64,000 nt of DNA from Lama guanicoe. Its lineage: Eukaryota. The position numbers and the translations under genes are program-made. Shown here piece after piece: positions 12,296-25,035 of the stretch; positions within the stretch are counted from its first letter, which is position 1; each line of letters starts with the position of its first letter. The notes beneath the pieces are model-generated. The model saw only the letters and a program-made list of their open reading frames with translations. It did not search any database and had not been told where the DNA came from. The DNA is taken from assembly GCA_013239625.1 (NCBI GenBank), contig MU054323.1:11243815-11307814 (forward strand). The letters run 5' to 3'.

Positions 12296-14625
12296 TTTCC
12301 CAGACTCTTGGGATTATGCTGTAACCCTTTCCATTCTGATAACTGTGCGGGAAGAGGGTTCAGGTCTGCGTGATTTCTTTCTCTCTGATGATACCTCAGT
12401 GATGCTCTATATTTTCATCTCTGGTGATCAGTGTAAAATGTAGAGTAAAAATAGAAAATGAAGGTCCTGGGAGAAGGGGCAAGATCAAAAAGGCAGAGAT
12501 ACAATGAGTCATATGTCCAAACAGGAATATCGGGAAGGGCAGTTTGAGAATGAGTTGATTCAGGAGAGGACTTCAGGGAGTGGCCACAGAAGAAGTTTGG
12601 AGAGCAAGCAAGGACAAAGAGGGCCTCAGAGAAGCTGGCTTGGGGAAGAGATGCCCCAAGCTAGGAACACATCTCTCAGAAGTGCCTGTGAAGGGGAGGT
12701 CGAGGAAGAGCTCAAGGGTCATGAGGACCTTCTGAAGTCAGGTCTGACCTGACCTCTATTGAAGGCCCAGAGAATCCAGAGAGAAGGCTCCCCACTTACT
12801 CAGCAGCCATGGCGGTCAGCAGGAAGCTAGTCTCAGGGCAGCTGGGCAGAGAAGAGGGAGGGAGGGAGACCTGTAAGGTGTTGGTTAGAATTTAAAGGGG
12901 CTCTTACCACCAAGATGGAGGCCAGGTCCCCCAAGAATGAGTGCTTTTGACTCATCACAAAAAGTTATGGAGGAAGAACCAAGGAACTGAAAAGACAGAG
13001 GAAAGCCTTCTACTTGGAACCTCCCACCACCAACCAGGTGAGCCACAGAGCCGTCTTTCACTGCCAGCTCAGGAGCCTCTCCTGGCCCCTTCAGCGGTGT
13101 GTGCCTTTGCTCTCAGGCCCGTATGGTCCCCACCTCCTTCCAGGACAGGCATGTATATGATTCCTGGAGAGGGATCAGTGTGTGGAAGTGCAGGGAGAAG
13201 GGGAGCATGCAGGCGGCCACTAAGATCTGTCCCCAGGGTCCCTGCACATTTGCAGACCCCCAGATGGGAGAGATGATCACATGTGGGTCTATGGGTAACC
13301 CGTGTCTGGGTGCTGGCTACATTCTGCCCTCGTCCAGCAATGAACAATGAAAATCTCTTGTTACTGAGAAATGTGAATTTCCTAGGTGCCTGATTGTGAG
13401 TTTACTGCTTAAGCCCAAAGTTTCTGTCATATTGTTTGAGAATCGGTGAAAGGTTAAGAGGATCTGTTCAATAGGGGGTCAAAAAGGTCATTTAAAACAG
13501 GTTCCATTAACGAAGGCTCCGTACAGATCCACGCAGAAAATTTGCAGTGAGACTTGGGGACCAGAGGAGAGGCTTCGCAGGAGGAGCTGGTTTCTGTCTG
13601 AAGGGGGTGAGCTGTCAAATCTTTGCTCTGGAGAATCACAGGCTCCCAGGCGGCACTGAGCTAGGATGGACTTGAGGCTGGAAGTTAGGCTCTGGGAAGA
13701 GAGCTCTCGAGGCCTCTTGTGTGGGCTTGGCCAGAATCTCCAGATACCAGAGGCCCTGACTCTGTTCCATCGAAGGTAAATGACTCTGGTTCTCCCCCTG
13801 AGAGCCTCTAGGCATTGCTTATTTCTTCCAAACCAAAAAGAACTCATCGAACACCTGTTGTGAGCCAGACACTGTGGTTGGGTTTCTGGGGATACAAAGA
13901 TAAGCAGGATCTATGGCCTCACGGGGCTCAGAACAAGGTCAAGAGAAGTCTGACTGCCTTTAATTTTGGAAGTTTTAAAATGTGTTTCCGAAACTGCTTT
14001 CCCTGCCTTGCTGAGAAGCCTGCTCCCCCCTGGGTCTGGGTGTAGGTGGCTCTCTGATGAAGGCAGGTAGCTATGAAGTCATCTGGGTCCCTTTCACTTT
14101 CCTTTCTACGGTCCCTACTGAGTGGCGACCTGAGCCAGGGACTGGGCTGAGGCTGCTCCTGACCTCGGGGTGGGGGTGGGGGGCATTGCCAGCCTGGCAT
14201 CTTTTGGTGGAGTCAGGGTAAGGACCCGTCCGTGCCCCAGCACGTCCCTAGCATCCCCTGGGGAGGTGCAGGATGCTTCTCTCCATTTCTATCCATGACT
14301 TTCCTTAATGTCAGTGAGAGGGGTGTTGAATGGACCCCCAGGGAGGCTTTAAAGATTGAAAGCCAGTCCCAGCCAGGGCCCCCACCGGATGGTGAGAGAG
14401 CACAGGAGGAAGCAAAAGTGCTTGTGTTAACAGAATGTCATTTCCCAACATGATTCAGACCCTGACGCTGAGGCAGGAAAAGGAGAGCAAATGCCTTCCC
14501 ATTCATCACTTCGGACACGGTTATTTTTAGAGCGCACACCAGCTCGCTGCTGGGCTCCAAGGGCCCTGCCGTGGAAGGAAATGAGGCTGGGCTGATAGAG
14601 TCAGTCAGGAGTAGAGATCTTGCAG

Positions 14626-14652
14626 GCGTGCGTGCGTGTGCGTGTGCGTGTG
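14626..14652. repeat. (GCGT/GT)n alternating purine-pyrimidine microsatellite
   Basis: gcgtgcgtgcgtgtgcgtgtgcgtgtgt. Confidence 0.9.
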
Positions 14653-17600
14653 TAAGAAAAAGGAGGGGTGGGCAGGCAGCCTTCTTCCCAAACTGCATCC
14701 CTGAGCCGGGCCCCTTATGTGAGCATGAAGAAGGAAAACTGAGCATGGTGGTAATCGTGGGGGGGTTGTTGAACAATGAGAAAGACCCTGGGCTCAGAAA
14801 GCACCCCTGCCCAGCCCCGGGGGATCTGACCTGCCCTTCCAGAGGCACACAGGAGACTCCTGGGTGAAGAGCAAAGCAGCCCACGTCCTAGACTCGGCAG
14901 GATGTTGGGAGCCTGTAGGTGCCCTTGGCTTTGCTATTATAGCCTTGAGAACATCTGGCCAATGTGAAGTCCTCCTTGCCCAGATGAAGAAGGACGGGCC
15001 ACCTGGACCCTCTGCGCTGGCATCTAGGAAATGGACTCTGCCCCAGCCAGCACTTACGCACCCATTTTTCAATATCACAAAATTTCACCTGGGCACGGAG
15101 AGAGACTCCTTTCGGCAAGGGGCAGAATAGAGGTTTCCCTTCCTTTTCACCCATTTCTGGCCCTCTCCCTCTAGCTGAAGGGAAGGAGAGCCTAACTTGA
15201 ACTCAGCCCTGAGGCAAGATCTTAAATACCCTGCCCTCCTGATTTGTCTGCAGAGCTCTCAGCCCTGAAAGCGGTGCACAAGCTGGCCATCCTGATCCTA
15301 ACGTGAACAGTCCAGGATGAGGCTAATGCCTCCCTTCCTTTCTTCCACAAGGCTCTCCAGATGTGCTGCGTGGTCCACGGAAATGTCGTTTATACTACGT
15401 GGGCCTCACAGGGCCTCAGAGTTGATTAACTTTCCATTAATAGCTCAGCTGTCCCAGTGGTTCTGGCCAGTTTTGAACCTTCTTAGCGGCAGGGAGGGTG
15501 TAGACGACTTCCCCCATGGCCATTGGGTGGCTTCCCACAAGCCAAGGCTACTGGACAAAGCATCCCACTGTGGCAGGTCCCTGTCGCTGTGTCCTCCCAG
15601 GAAAGGAGGAAAGGGCATGTTAAGGCTTGAGGGAGTCACCAGCACATTGTACCCAGGAGTCTCTCTGTAGCACCCAAGAGATGGGGGAGGGTTATCTGCT
15701 TAGCGTCACGACCTGGGGAAGTAAGAGGACAAGGGAGGAATAAGGGGGGAGACAGCTGGCTCATTTATTTTTACCTGTATCTTTTCCTCTGAAGAGTTAT
15801 CACAAAGATGTACTGTCCACTTGGTAATTTAGCAGGAAAAATGCACTTGACTGTGTTCAAGGACAATTAGCATCACCTGTACAAACAGGCAGGCAGGTGA
15901 GGAGGTAGCAGAGCTGCCTGGGAGCCAGGTGCCCCAGTCCCAGCTCTGTCACTAGTTTACATCCATTGCAACCCATACTTCATTCTTCCTGTCAATAAAA
16001 TTATTTATTATAGAAGAGCTGCAATGCTACCCACCTCTAGCTGTACTGGGAAAAGCAAGGAAGAATGTTGCTAAAGCACCTGGCCCCATATGCCACCAAG
16101 TCAGTCTTTTACAAGTGATGCTCAGATGATCTCATCTGAAAGCTTCTGTGTGCACTGGGTGCTTGCAGAGTAGGATGAGTCAGAAGCCAGCCCACTTGTT
16201 TTCCAAGGATGTGAAACCAACCAACTTCTGCTTTTCTTTCCTTTGAAGCTCTATGTTTGGTCGTGCTTGAAAGTCCTCGGGAGGGTTAGGCCATTTGTCC
16301 AGCTCCGTCACGAGCTTTGTGATGTGGGAGGCACAGGCACCTCTGTATGTTCTCATCTCTCTGTTAAACCTTTCCCCTTTTCCCTTTGACTTTCCCTGTT
16401 GCTTTCAAAATCCATTGCCTACCTCCCCATTATGTTTGTCTCCATCTTTCTTTTTTCATCTTTCCAGTCCCTCTCCCCAATCACTCTTTGACTTCCCTCT
16501 GATCTCTTCATCTTCTCATTCTTTCTTCTCCTTGATAATCGGGTGACTAGCAAAACTGGGGGGACTCACAGCGTTATACACACGGCAGCTTGGAATCACC
16601 TTCCCACAACTGCAGCGATCTTCATGATACTGTGGTGCCAGGTGTGGGGGTCCTAGGGGGCTGACAAAGGAGACATTCCACTTGATGCTCAGCAGGGTCT
16701 GGAGCTGAAAGAACTACATCATTAAGAAATTGACGCACAAATTGCAGTTGCTAGGTAGAGCTTTCAACAGAAGAGACCTCAGCCTGCAGTGGTGACTGTG
16801 AGAGTTCTTATTCCTGCTCTTTCTCTTTCCTCCTCACATATCTGAGTTAGCCTTGGGGTTCTTTGGTCATAAGGACAGCAGAGGAGTCCCAGAGACACGA
16901 GACATTGGCAGCATTCCAGAATAATCTGGCACTCTCCTCTTGCTTCCATTCACAATAAGGTTTACTTTGGAGGAAACTTTCAAAGAGGCCCCAGCCTCCA
17001 AGACTGGTACCACTTTCCTCTGGGAGAAAGAAACTCTCCAGGATGAGAAACCAATGAAATTGGCATGCTTTACTGCATGCTCAGCTCAGATAATTTCTTC
17101 TTGGTACAGGGGTGAATGCAATCATAAAGGATTGTTGGAAAAGGTAGAGGCAATATCTAGATACATTGATCTGTGGGTTAAAAGGCTCTCATCTTATTTC
17201 CAGTTCCACCTCTGACTCTCCACGTGATCCTAAACTCTTTTTTTTTTTCTTTCCTCTGTCTTGGTTTCCATATTTATAAGATAGGCTTGCAACAAGGAGA
17301 AACCAATACATAAATGGGAAAAAAAAAGAAAATGCTCTGTAAATAATATTAGAGATTCCCCTGCTGTTTGCATGACAGCGGTTCACTTAGAAGGTTCAAG
17401 ATCCTTTTGATCTGAGATGAGAGGGACCAGCTGCTGAGAGACGGAGTCTGATTTAATCCAGAGTTGACTTTCCAGAGGATCTTTGTAGATAATTTGTGAT
17501 GCTTCTTTGTAGTCTAAATGCAGGACAAAGGTGGAGAATATGATTTGTGGCATGGCTAATAACCATAAACTATAATTTTTGATCAAACCATGTTCTTCTT

Positions 17601-19419
17601 TCTGTCTCAGTTATGTTTCTCACGTCGGTCGTTCTGTAAAGACTCAGGTGATCATTCCCTCTGAACAGGTACTTCTGACTTTACAGAGACCATGCATCCT
17701 ACATCTTTAAGTAAAAGTAAGATGTGGTAGCTCAATAGATCAGAAGCTAGACAAAATTCAGCATGGAAAGTATTTCCAGCATTTTTGACTCCCTACTTCA
17801 AGGGATGTTAAGATAATGTGGCTCAAGAACCAAGATGGAGCAGGGCTAGTTGAGGGGGTGGGGTGGGGGTCACCCAACGTACTTACTGGACCACATACAA
17901 CTGTCTCCTGGCAGTCCTCCCTCACTTCTCCACAGCCAGATTGGAGCAGCCTGTGGAAAAAATTCCTGTCTATTTTCAGAAACAGATAAAAGCATTCAGA
18001 TTATGCAGTGCAAATCTCAGCCTGAAAGCGGCTGGAAAAATCTGTTCCTTGCCACTGTCACTAACCCCCTGACCTCTCCAAATAATGACATTCAGGCCCG
18101 CTTCCCCCCCCCGCCCTTCCCTCGCCCAGACCAGTACAGACTGACCCTTCCACTGCACATCTGTTCCTTGTCTCCACTGTCAGAGTGTGCATGCCTCAGA
18201 GAACTGGAGACAATGGAATTGAAGTTGGTAAAAAAAAAAAAAAATTATCAGCTGGTTCAAGAAGAAGTCAGTCTTAAATCTACATTTCTTTTTATCAGGA
18301 TTTTGGGGGAGCATACTTACAAGGCTGCCTGGTCCCCAACTCCCTGCCCAGGGTCTCAGGCAGGCACACTGACTGAATTTGCTAACAAGATCCCCCCTGG
18401 GGAGAACAATATTCTATCCTGAGCAAAGCTGCCCGAGACCAGATGTCTCCGTGTCCTGATCTCCCCCAAGCATATGAGGCTTGGGAACACAGCAGACTGG
18501 TTCTCTGGTGCAGGGGATTATTCCTGGCTTTAGGGAAAAGCCTGTTCAGAGATGCCTCCACTGTCCAGTGCACTCTTGTTGGCTATGAATAGTTATGCTC
18601 TGCAGATACAAAATTGTAAACACAATAAACCAGGCTTATGCTTAGTGTATCAGGGAGCAAATATCAGTTATATACACTCAGGAGGACCATTGTGTTAGCT
18701 GCTCATGTGGGAAGTATTGGGGGTCTCGGGGCTCCATACTGAAAATGTCTTTCCTTCCAGAATGCTTTGTGCTTAGCACTTCTTGCTGAATAATTCATTA
18801 AGCACCAAACTCCCCCTACAAGAGCACTTGTTCTCAGTGCTTGTTTTCCCATTTTCACCAAAGCAATGGGTTCACAATCCAAATAAAAGCCAAATAAAGC
18901 AGCTGCCGAAGGAGCCAGATGGGATGACTCTTCCCGAGGGAATGTGATGGGCCTCTCGTTTCCTCCTCCCTGTTTTCTCCTCTGGATGCAGCAGAGGGAG
19001 GGCAGGGCTGGAGTGAAGAAGCCACCATTCAAGCAAGAACACTTTCAAGAGGGAACAAGGGCTCATCCATCTAGCAGATGGTTGGAGCCAGACGTTACAG
19101 CCATGATGGGTTCTTGAGTTGGAGAAACAGAGGGCAGCAGAATGCCAAATAGGGTCCAGGGGCTCAGACAACCACATGGAGGATGTGGACAGAGCAAGGG
19201 AACTTGGGGAACCCTGCAAAACCCCACCAAGGCTCAAGATCCACATTTATGTTTCTCTGTTTTAAAATCCAAGTCTCATGTTCTGTGAGGCAGGAACCAA
19301 GTATTAAAGTGGACATGGTTGTGATGTTTAATAAAAAGCAGTGGCAGAATACTAGAAGAAGAGAAAAACCATAGCTCAAATTGTGCCATCTGGTGTGTCT
19401 TTGAATGCTTCATTCAACT

Positions 19420-19755
19420 CCAGGCCTTTGTTCAAGTTGGTCTCTCTGCCTAGAATGTACCACCTTCTCTGCTTGTCAAACTCCTATTCATCCTTTAAAA
19501 CCCAGTTTGAATATTTCGTCTTCTGCAAGGCTTTCTTTGGGCTGAATGAATCACTTCTTCCCTTGTGTTCCAGCAGAACCGTCTCTCTCCACTGTGATGC
19601 TTATTATCTTCTGATTTGTGTTCTAGTTAGTGAAGTATGTGTCTGTATTCTCCAACAGGGTATGAGCACCATAAGGACAGAGCCTGTGTTTGATTCATAA
19701 TATTTCCCACCCACTCCTGGAAGCTCGCATAAAAAGTGCTTGTCAAATCAAATGA
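19420..19755 (+). mobile_element. L2 LINE 3' region
   Basis: tctctgcctagaatg...aactcctattcatcctttaaaacccag...tatgagcaccataaggacag, typical of the L2 3' end. Confidence 0.75.
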
Positions 19756-19829
19756 TGTCACTTATGGTCTCCGTGGAGTCCCAAATGCTAGCTTAAAACC
19801 AGAGCAGTGACGTAGAAAGGACCCTCCTG

Positions 19830-19932
19830 ATTTTTTTCTTTTTTTTTTCTTTTGAAATGGAGGTACTGGGGATTGAACCCAGGACCTCATGCATGCTAAG
19901 CATGCTCTCTACCACTGAACTATTCCTCTGCC
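19830..19932 (-). mobile_element. tRNA-derived SINE (Vic-1-like, camelid type)
   Basis: Poly-T followed by ggaggtactggggattgaacccaggacctcatgcatgctaagcatgctctctaccactgaactat, the reverse complement of a tRNA-like A/B-box head. Confidence 0.85.
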
Positions 19933-19937
19933 TCATT

Positions 19938-21215
19938 CTTATTTTTTTTTTTTGAGATAAAATTTATGTAGCATAGAAGTCACCATTTTAATCACTTTAT
20001 AGAGTGTGGTGGTTTTTAATATAGTCACAATGTTGCCAAACAAAACCACAAATTCCAAATTCTTTGTCATCCTCGAAAGAGATCCTATGGCAATTAAATA
20101 ATCACTTCCTATTGTCCCCTCCCCCAGCCCCCAGGAACCACAATAATCTTTCATCTCTATGGATTTGCCTGTTCTGGACATTTCATATAAATGGAGTCAT
20201 ACAGTATGTGGCCTTTTGTATCTGGCTTCTCTCGTAACATGATGTTTTCAAGGTTCATCCATAGTGTGGCATGTTGTCAGTACATCTTGTTTATCTAGTC
20301 ATCAGTTGATGAACATTTGGTTTGTTTCTACTTTTGAGCTATTATGAATAACACTGCTGTGAATCTTTGTTTACATGTTTTTGGGTAGACATATGTTTCC
20401 TATGAGAGGAATTGGTGGGTCATATGGTAATTCTATATTTAACATTTTGAGGAACTGCCAAACATTTCCAAAGCAATTGCACCATCTTGCATTCCCACCA
20501 ACAATACATGAGGGCTCCAATTTCTTCACATCCTTGCCAATACTTACTATTTTCTTTCCTTCTGTTGTTGTTGTTTTGTTTCCAGTTTTTATTATAGCTA
20601 TCTTCACGGGTGTGAAATGGTATCTTACTGTGGTTTTGAGTTGAATTTTCTCTAATGACTAATGAGGTTGTGCACCTTGTCAGGGGCTTACTGAGCATTT
20701 GTGTATCTCCCTTGATGAAATGTCTGCATCCATTACTCATTCTAAAATTGAATTGTTTGTCTTTTTTTAGTGAGTTGTAAGAATTCTTTACATGTTCTGG
20801 ATACTAGACTCTTACCAGATATGTGACCTACAAGTATGTTCTCCCACTCTGTGGGTTGTCTTTCCAGTTTCTTGATAGTACCCTTTGAGGATCAAAAGTT
20901 TCTAATTTTGATGAAGTCCAATGCATCTTCTTTTTCTTTTGTTGTTTGTGCTTTCAATGTCATATCTAAGAAACCATTGCCTAATCCAGGGTCCTGAAGA
21001 TTTATACCCATATTTCCTTTTAAGAGTTTTATGGCTTTGACTTTTATATTTAAGTCTTCGGTTTGCTTTCAGTTAGGTATTGTGTATGGTGTGAGGTAGG
21101 AGTCCAAACTCATTCCGTTGCATGTGGATAGCTATTTGTTTCAACACCACTTGTTCAAAAAACTATTCTTTCCCTACTGAATAGCCTCACACTCTTGTTG
21201 GAAATCCGTTCCTCA
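19938..21215 (-). mobile_element. L1 (L1MB-like) 3' UTR and ORF2 end
   Basis: Poly-T tail, then ggatttgcctgttctggacatttcatataaatgg, gtgtgaaatggtatctt, ttgcatgtggata. The ORF-track peptides here are degenerate L1 ORF2 C-terminus. Confidence 0.9.
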
Positions 21216-21417
21216 TTCATATTTTACAGAGTTAATTTCTTGAACTCATCAGCTGAAATAGGTTATTTGTTCACTCCTGGGATATACAAAACTTGATAAT
21301 ACAAAGATTTTTTTCTTAAATATAGCAATTACATCAGTCTGATTTTTCCCTACACACCTCAGAATCCATTCCAGGAGAACTTAACAGCATCCAAAGTTAG
21401 CACACTTTTACAAGTGG

Positions 21418-21767
21418 AAACCACATGGACTTTTTTTTAAATACACTTTATTCTTTTAGAGCAGTTTCAGGTTCGCAGCAGAATTGAGCAGAAAATACAG
21501 AGAATTCACACATAGCCCTCCCCACCCACACTTATATACTCCTCTATGCTCAACATCCCTTATCAGTGTGGCATATCTGGTACAATCGATGAACCAACAT
21601 GGGTGCATTATTATCAGCCAAAGTCCATAGTTTACATTAGGGTTCACTCTTGATGTTATACATTCTATGGGTTTTGAGAGATGCATGATGACATGTAGCC
21701 ACCACTGTAGTAACATACAGAATAATTTCATTGCCCTAAAAATCCCTTGAAAACCACATGGACTTTT
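21418..21767 (-). mobile_element. L1MC-like 3' end with 17-bp TSD
   Basis: aaagtccatagtttacattagggttcactcttg motif. aaaccacatggactttt occurs at both 21418-21434 and 21751-21767. Confidence 0.85.
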
Positions 21768-23264
21768 AAACTAATAGTGTAAAACAAAGATAGTTAGAAA
21801 GTAAATCTCACAGGTTGTTTTTGGTAAGCAGAGCACATGGACAAATAGGAAGAGGTGAGCTGACTTTAGAGCTCTCCATCCATGGATGCATCTTATTAGA
21901 ATCTGTCATAAATTAAGCAAAAAGGAGAACCATTTCTTGCCTGTAAATGATTACTCAGCATTGACAATGGAAGCAGCTTCATAGAGAATTCTTCCCCCTC
22001 CCTAGCCCTGCCTCAATCCAGGGACAGACAGGGGACTGAAGGCTGGTGGGAAGGTAAATGTGGGGAAGAGATGAAGAGGTAGCAAAGGCAGGGACTCTTA
22101 GGGAGAGTAGAGAAGTAAAGAGCAGTGACGAAGCAGTAAGGAGGAGAACAGAAGTGAAAGGGTGGACCAAGGATCAGGGGTCCCCAAGAGTGATGTTGGA
22201 GAGAAGAGCTTCTCTAGCAGACCTGGACGATGAAAAGGAGTGGATCCTGTCTCTGACACTGAAATAACTTGCTTTTTTAAAAGCAGCGGAGAGCTGAAAA
22301 TTACTTCTCCTTAAGCCCACCATGCTCGCATTGTTCAGGCTGGTCTTAGCTAATGCTGTTGCCTCTGTCTCCAGCATCCTCCACATCCTCCCACCCCACC
22401 CTACCTGATCCCACCTTGCCCTTCTTTGTCTAGCAAACCCTGACTCACAACATCTCTGAATTTCCAGATTGGGCCTGCATCCTCTTTATGTTTCTCAGAT
22501 GTCAGACTTGGGACTCAGCATATTTAAATAGGGAAAATTTGGGCTAAATATCTGTCTTCCCACTGGATGTCAAGTTCCTTGAAACCAGGGGCCATGACTT
22601 ATCTTTGTAAGCCATGGGCTTGGAACCGTGTGTGGCACTAAAAGATGCTGACTTGAGTTGCAAGTGAAAATAGAGTCAGCCTACAGAAAAGAACAGAGAC
22701 TTGGGGGTGGTCCTAAGAAGGGGACTAGAAAATGAAAGGGGAGAGGAATGAAGGAAAGCACTTCATTCCCTCTGGTAGTCTCTTTCAGCCATTCCAATTA
22801 GTTACAGACGTGGAGACTGTGTACTTGCTGTCAGCTAGTCTTTGCCTTCCTCTCACTCTAGTGAAAGAGCTGAGTGCAGTCCAGGAGGTGAAGGTGTGTG
22901 TTCTCAGTGGGCACGGTGGGGCCAAGAGAGATGCTGTTCTAGAACACAAAGAGGAAATCTGGGAGCCACTGTGACTGGAAGAAAACATTTCTTTCATTTC
23001 TACCCTGCTTTCTGCCAAGGTAGTGTTGACACAAAAATCTACATCAGAAAGCCACTTGGCAGCCAGGAATTTGGACTTTGCCCCTAGTAGAATTGGGGAT
23101 GGGCGAGGGGGGATCTGTCTACAAGGAGCAGGTCAAAATAGATGTAGCAAGAGTTGGGCTAGGAATATACCCAGAATTTAAGTTCAATCAAAATGAGGAG
23201 GTTTTTTCTTCTTTTTCGTATTTTTTTCCCAAAATAAAAATCAATACAGCAAAATTAGGGAAAT

Positions 23265-24420
23265 TTTTTTAATTGAAAAAGTTACAATCTTAATACCCTA
23301 ATACAAATATTTTCATACTTTTCCATATCTTCTTGTTTTGTTAAAACAGACGATTCATTCTACATCAATTATAATAACTATATTGATACAATATTAAATT
23401 TCATATTCCCATTTTTGTCATTTTATCATACACATTTTCTATACATCAGCTTTTTATTATCATTATTTTAATACCTGCATAGTATTCTTTTTTATGCAAG
23501 ATGTATTTTTAATTGAAGTATAGTTGGTATACAATGTTGTATAGGTTATAGGTGTACAGTATAGTGATTCGCAATTTTTAAAGGATATGCTCTATTTATA
23601 GTCCTGCATAGTATTCTTAAGGCTTTATAATCACCATGTTTTTCTGTACTGTGCCTTTTTGGTGAGCATTTAATTTACTATCAATTTTGATTTTTACACA
23701 AAACTGAAACAACATCGATCATACAGCTTTTCCTTGTTGATTTCTGTCTTTGGGATAAACTGCTAGGGGGGCACTGTTTAGCTCAAAGGGTGCGAATATG
23801 TTTGTGGGTTTTGAGATACATTGTCATATTACTATCAGAATGGATTATAACAATTCAGATCGCCACCAGTAACGTAGGGCTCTCCAGTGTCACTTGCAAC
23901 CTGACCAGCATTAGAGATCACATTCTATCTTAATTTCTCCCGATTTAACAATGTAAATTGATGTTTCAATGTTGCTTAATCTACATTTATTTAAGTATAA
24001 ATATGAACTTTTTCCTTTCAGTTTATAGGCAATCTAATAGTTTCTCTTGTGAATTAGTTTCCATCTTTTCTCACTCACCTATGGAGATCTTAATGTTTTG
24101 TTTTCTGTTTTTAATGAGTAACTTATAAAGTATCAGCATATACTCTTTGCCATGCTTGATAAAATTTTTCTCCAGCCTTCTCTTGGCATTTTATATTAGA
24201 GTTAACATTGTCCATTATTTTAAAGCTCTTAAAATATTTATTTGTGCCTGTCAGTCTTGATGACTTCCTTTAGTGCTTCAAAATTGGCAAAGCCTTTATG
24301 CTGAATTTTTGGTAGTTCTGCCCTATAATTTGCCTATTTATATATAATTCTTACCACAACTGGAGTTTCCTCTATGATATGATATAAAGTATTGACCTAA
24401 ATAAATCATTTTCCAAATTT
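23265..24420 (-). mobile_element. Highly diverged L1 (L1ME-like) remnant
   Basis: AT-rich sequence with L1 reverse motifs such as ttgagatacattgtcatatt...gccaccagtaac...accagcatt. Confidence 0.6.
23474..23618 (-). mobile_element. Short young L1 3' end nested in older L1, 16-bp TSD
   Basis: cctgcatagtattctt at 23474-23489 and 23603-23618 flanks aattgaagtatagttggtatacaatgttg... Confidence 0.9.
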
Positions 24421-24859
24421 ATGGCCAGGGATAGTGTAGTTGCTAAAGAAATCGTTTCTTACTCTCTTATTTGTCACTTACAGAGTGAGACTGAGTTCTG
24501 GATTCTCTTTGCTTCTGCATGGATCTGTTTTCCCTATTTTTGTAACAAAAGACCACCCTGCTTTAATTGTTTTTCTTGGTATCTCTGGTGTCAACTATGT
24601 TGACTGCCATGTGGTATGTGTTAAATGAATCTTTATTGACTTGTATTAAATTTATAGTATATACTAATACCATCCTAAGTTTCAATTCAGAGTACTTTTT
24701 AATTAAAAAAAAAATCCATTTTCACCTGTCTTGGCTGGATGACTGCGTCACACCTAGAAGTCTTCTATCTGCAGAGTAGCTTAATTCCTTCCCACCTTCA
24801 CTTCTCATCATGTTCTTTTGAGAAGTGTGAGCTGAAATCACAGAATTAGGGAAGTTTGC

Positions 24860-25035
24860 AGACCACTTGCACACATGCATGGTCTCCTTTCAGTTCTCAC
24901 CACATCCCTGGGAGGCAGGCATTCTCTGAGTGGAGGAAGGGGAAGTTCTGAGACTTTCACTACTTGCCCAGGGTCACACAGCTTGAAATTTTGGTTCAGA
25001 CCTGGATCGTCTGGTTCTAAGTCCAGTATTCTTTT
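24860..25035 (-). mobile_element. MIR SINE
   Basis: acttgcccagggtcacacagct...tctggttctaagtccagtattctt. Confidence 0.65.

Noticed and set aside
17850..18422. Longest ORF in the window (190 aa)
   Set aside because: Starts at TTG, runs through a poly-A-derived lysine stretch, has no recognisable domain and no clear exon boundaries. It is consistent with a chance ORF.
20371..20740. ORFs resembling L1 ORF2 C-terminus (also 27881-28538, 33755-34177, 46245-46511)
   Set aside because: Frameshifted fragments or antisense frames of truncated L1 copies, not functional genes.
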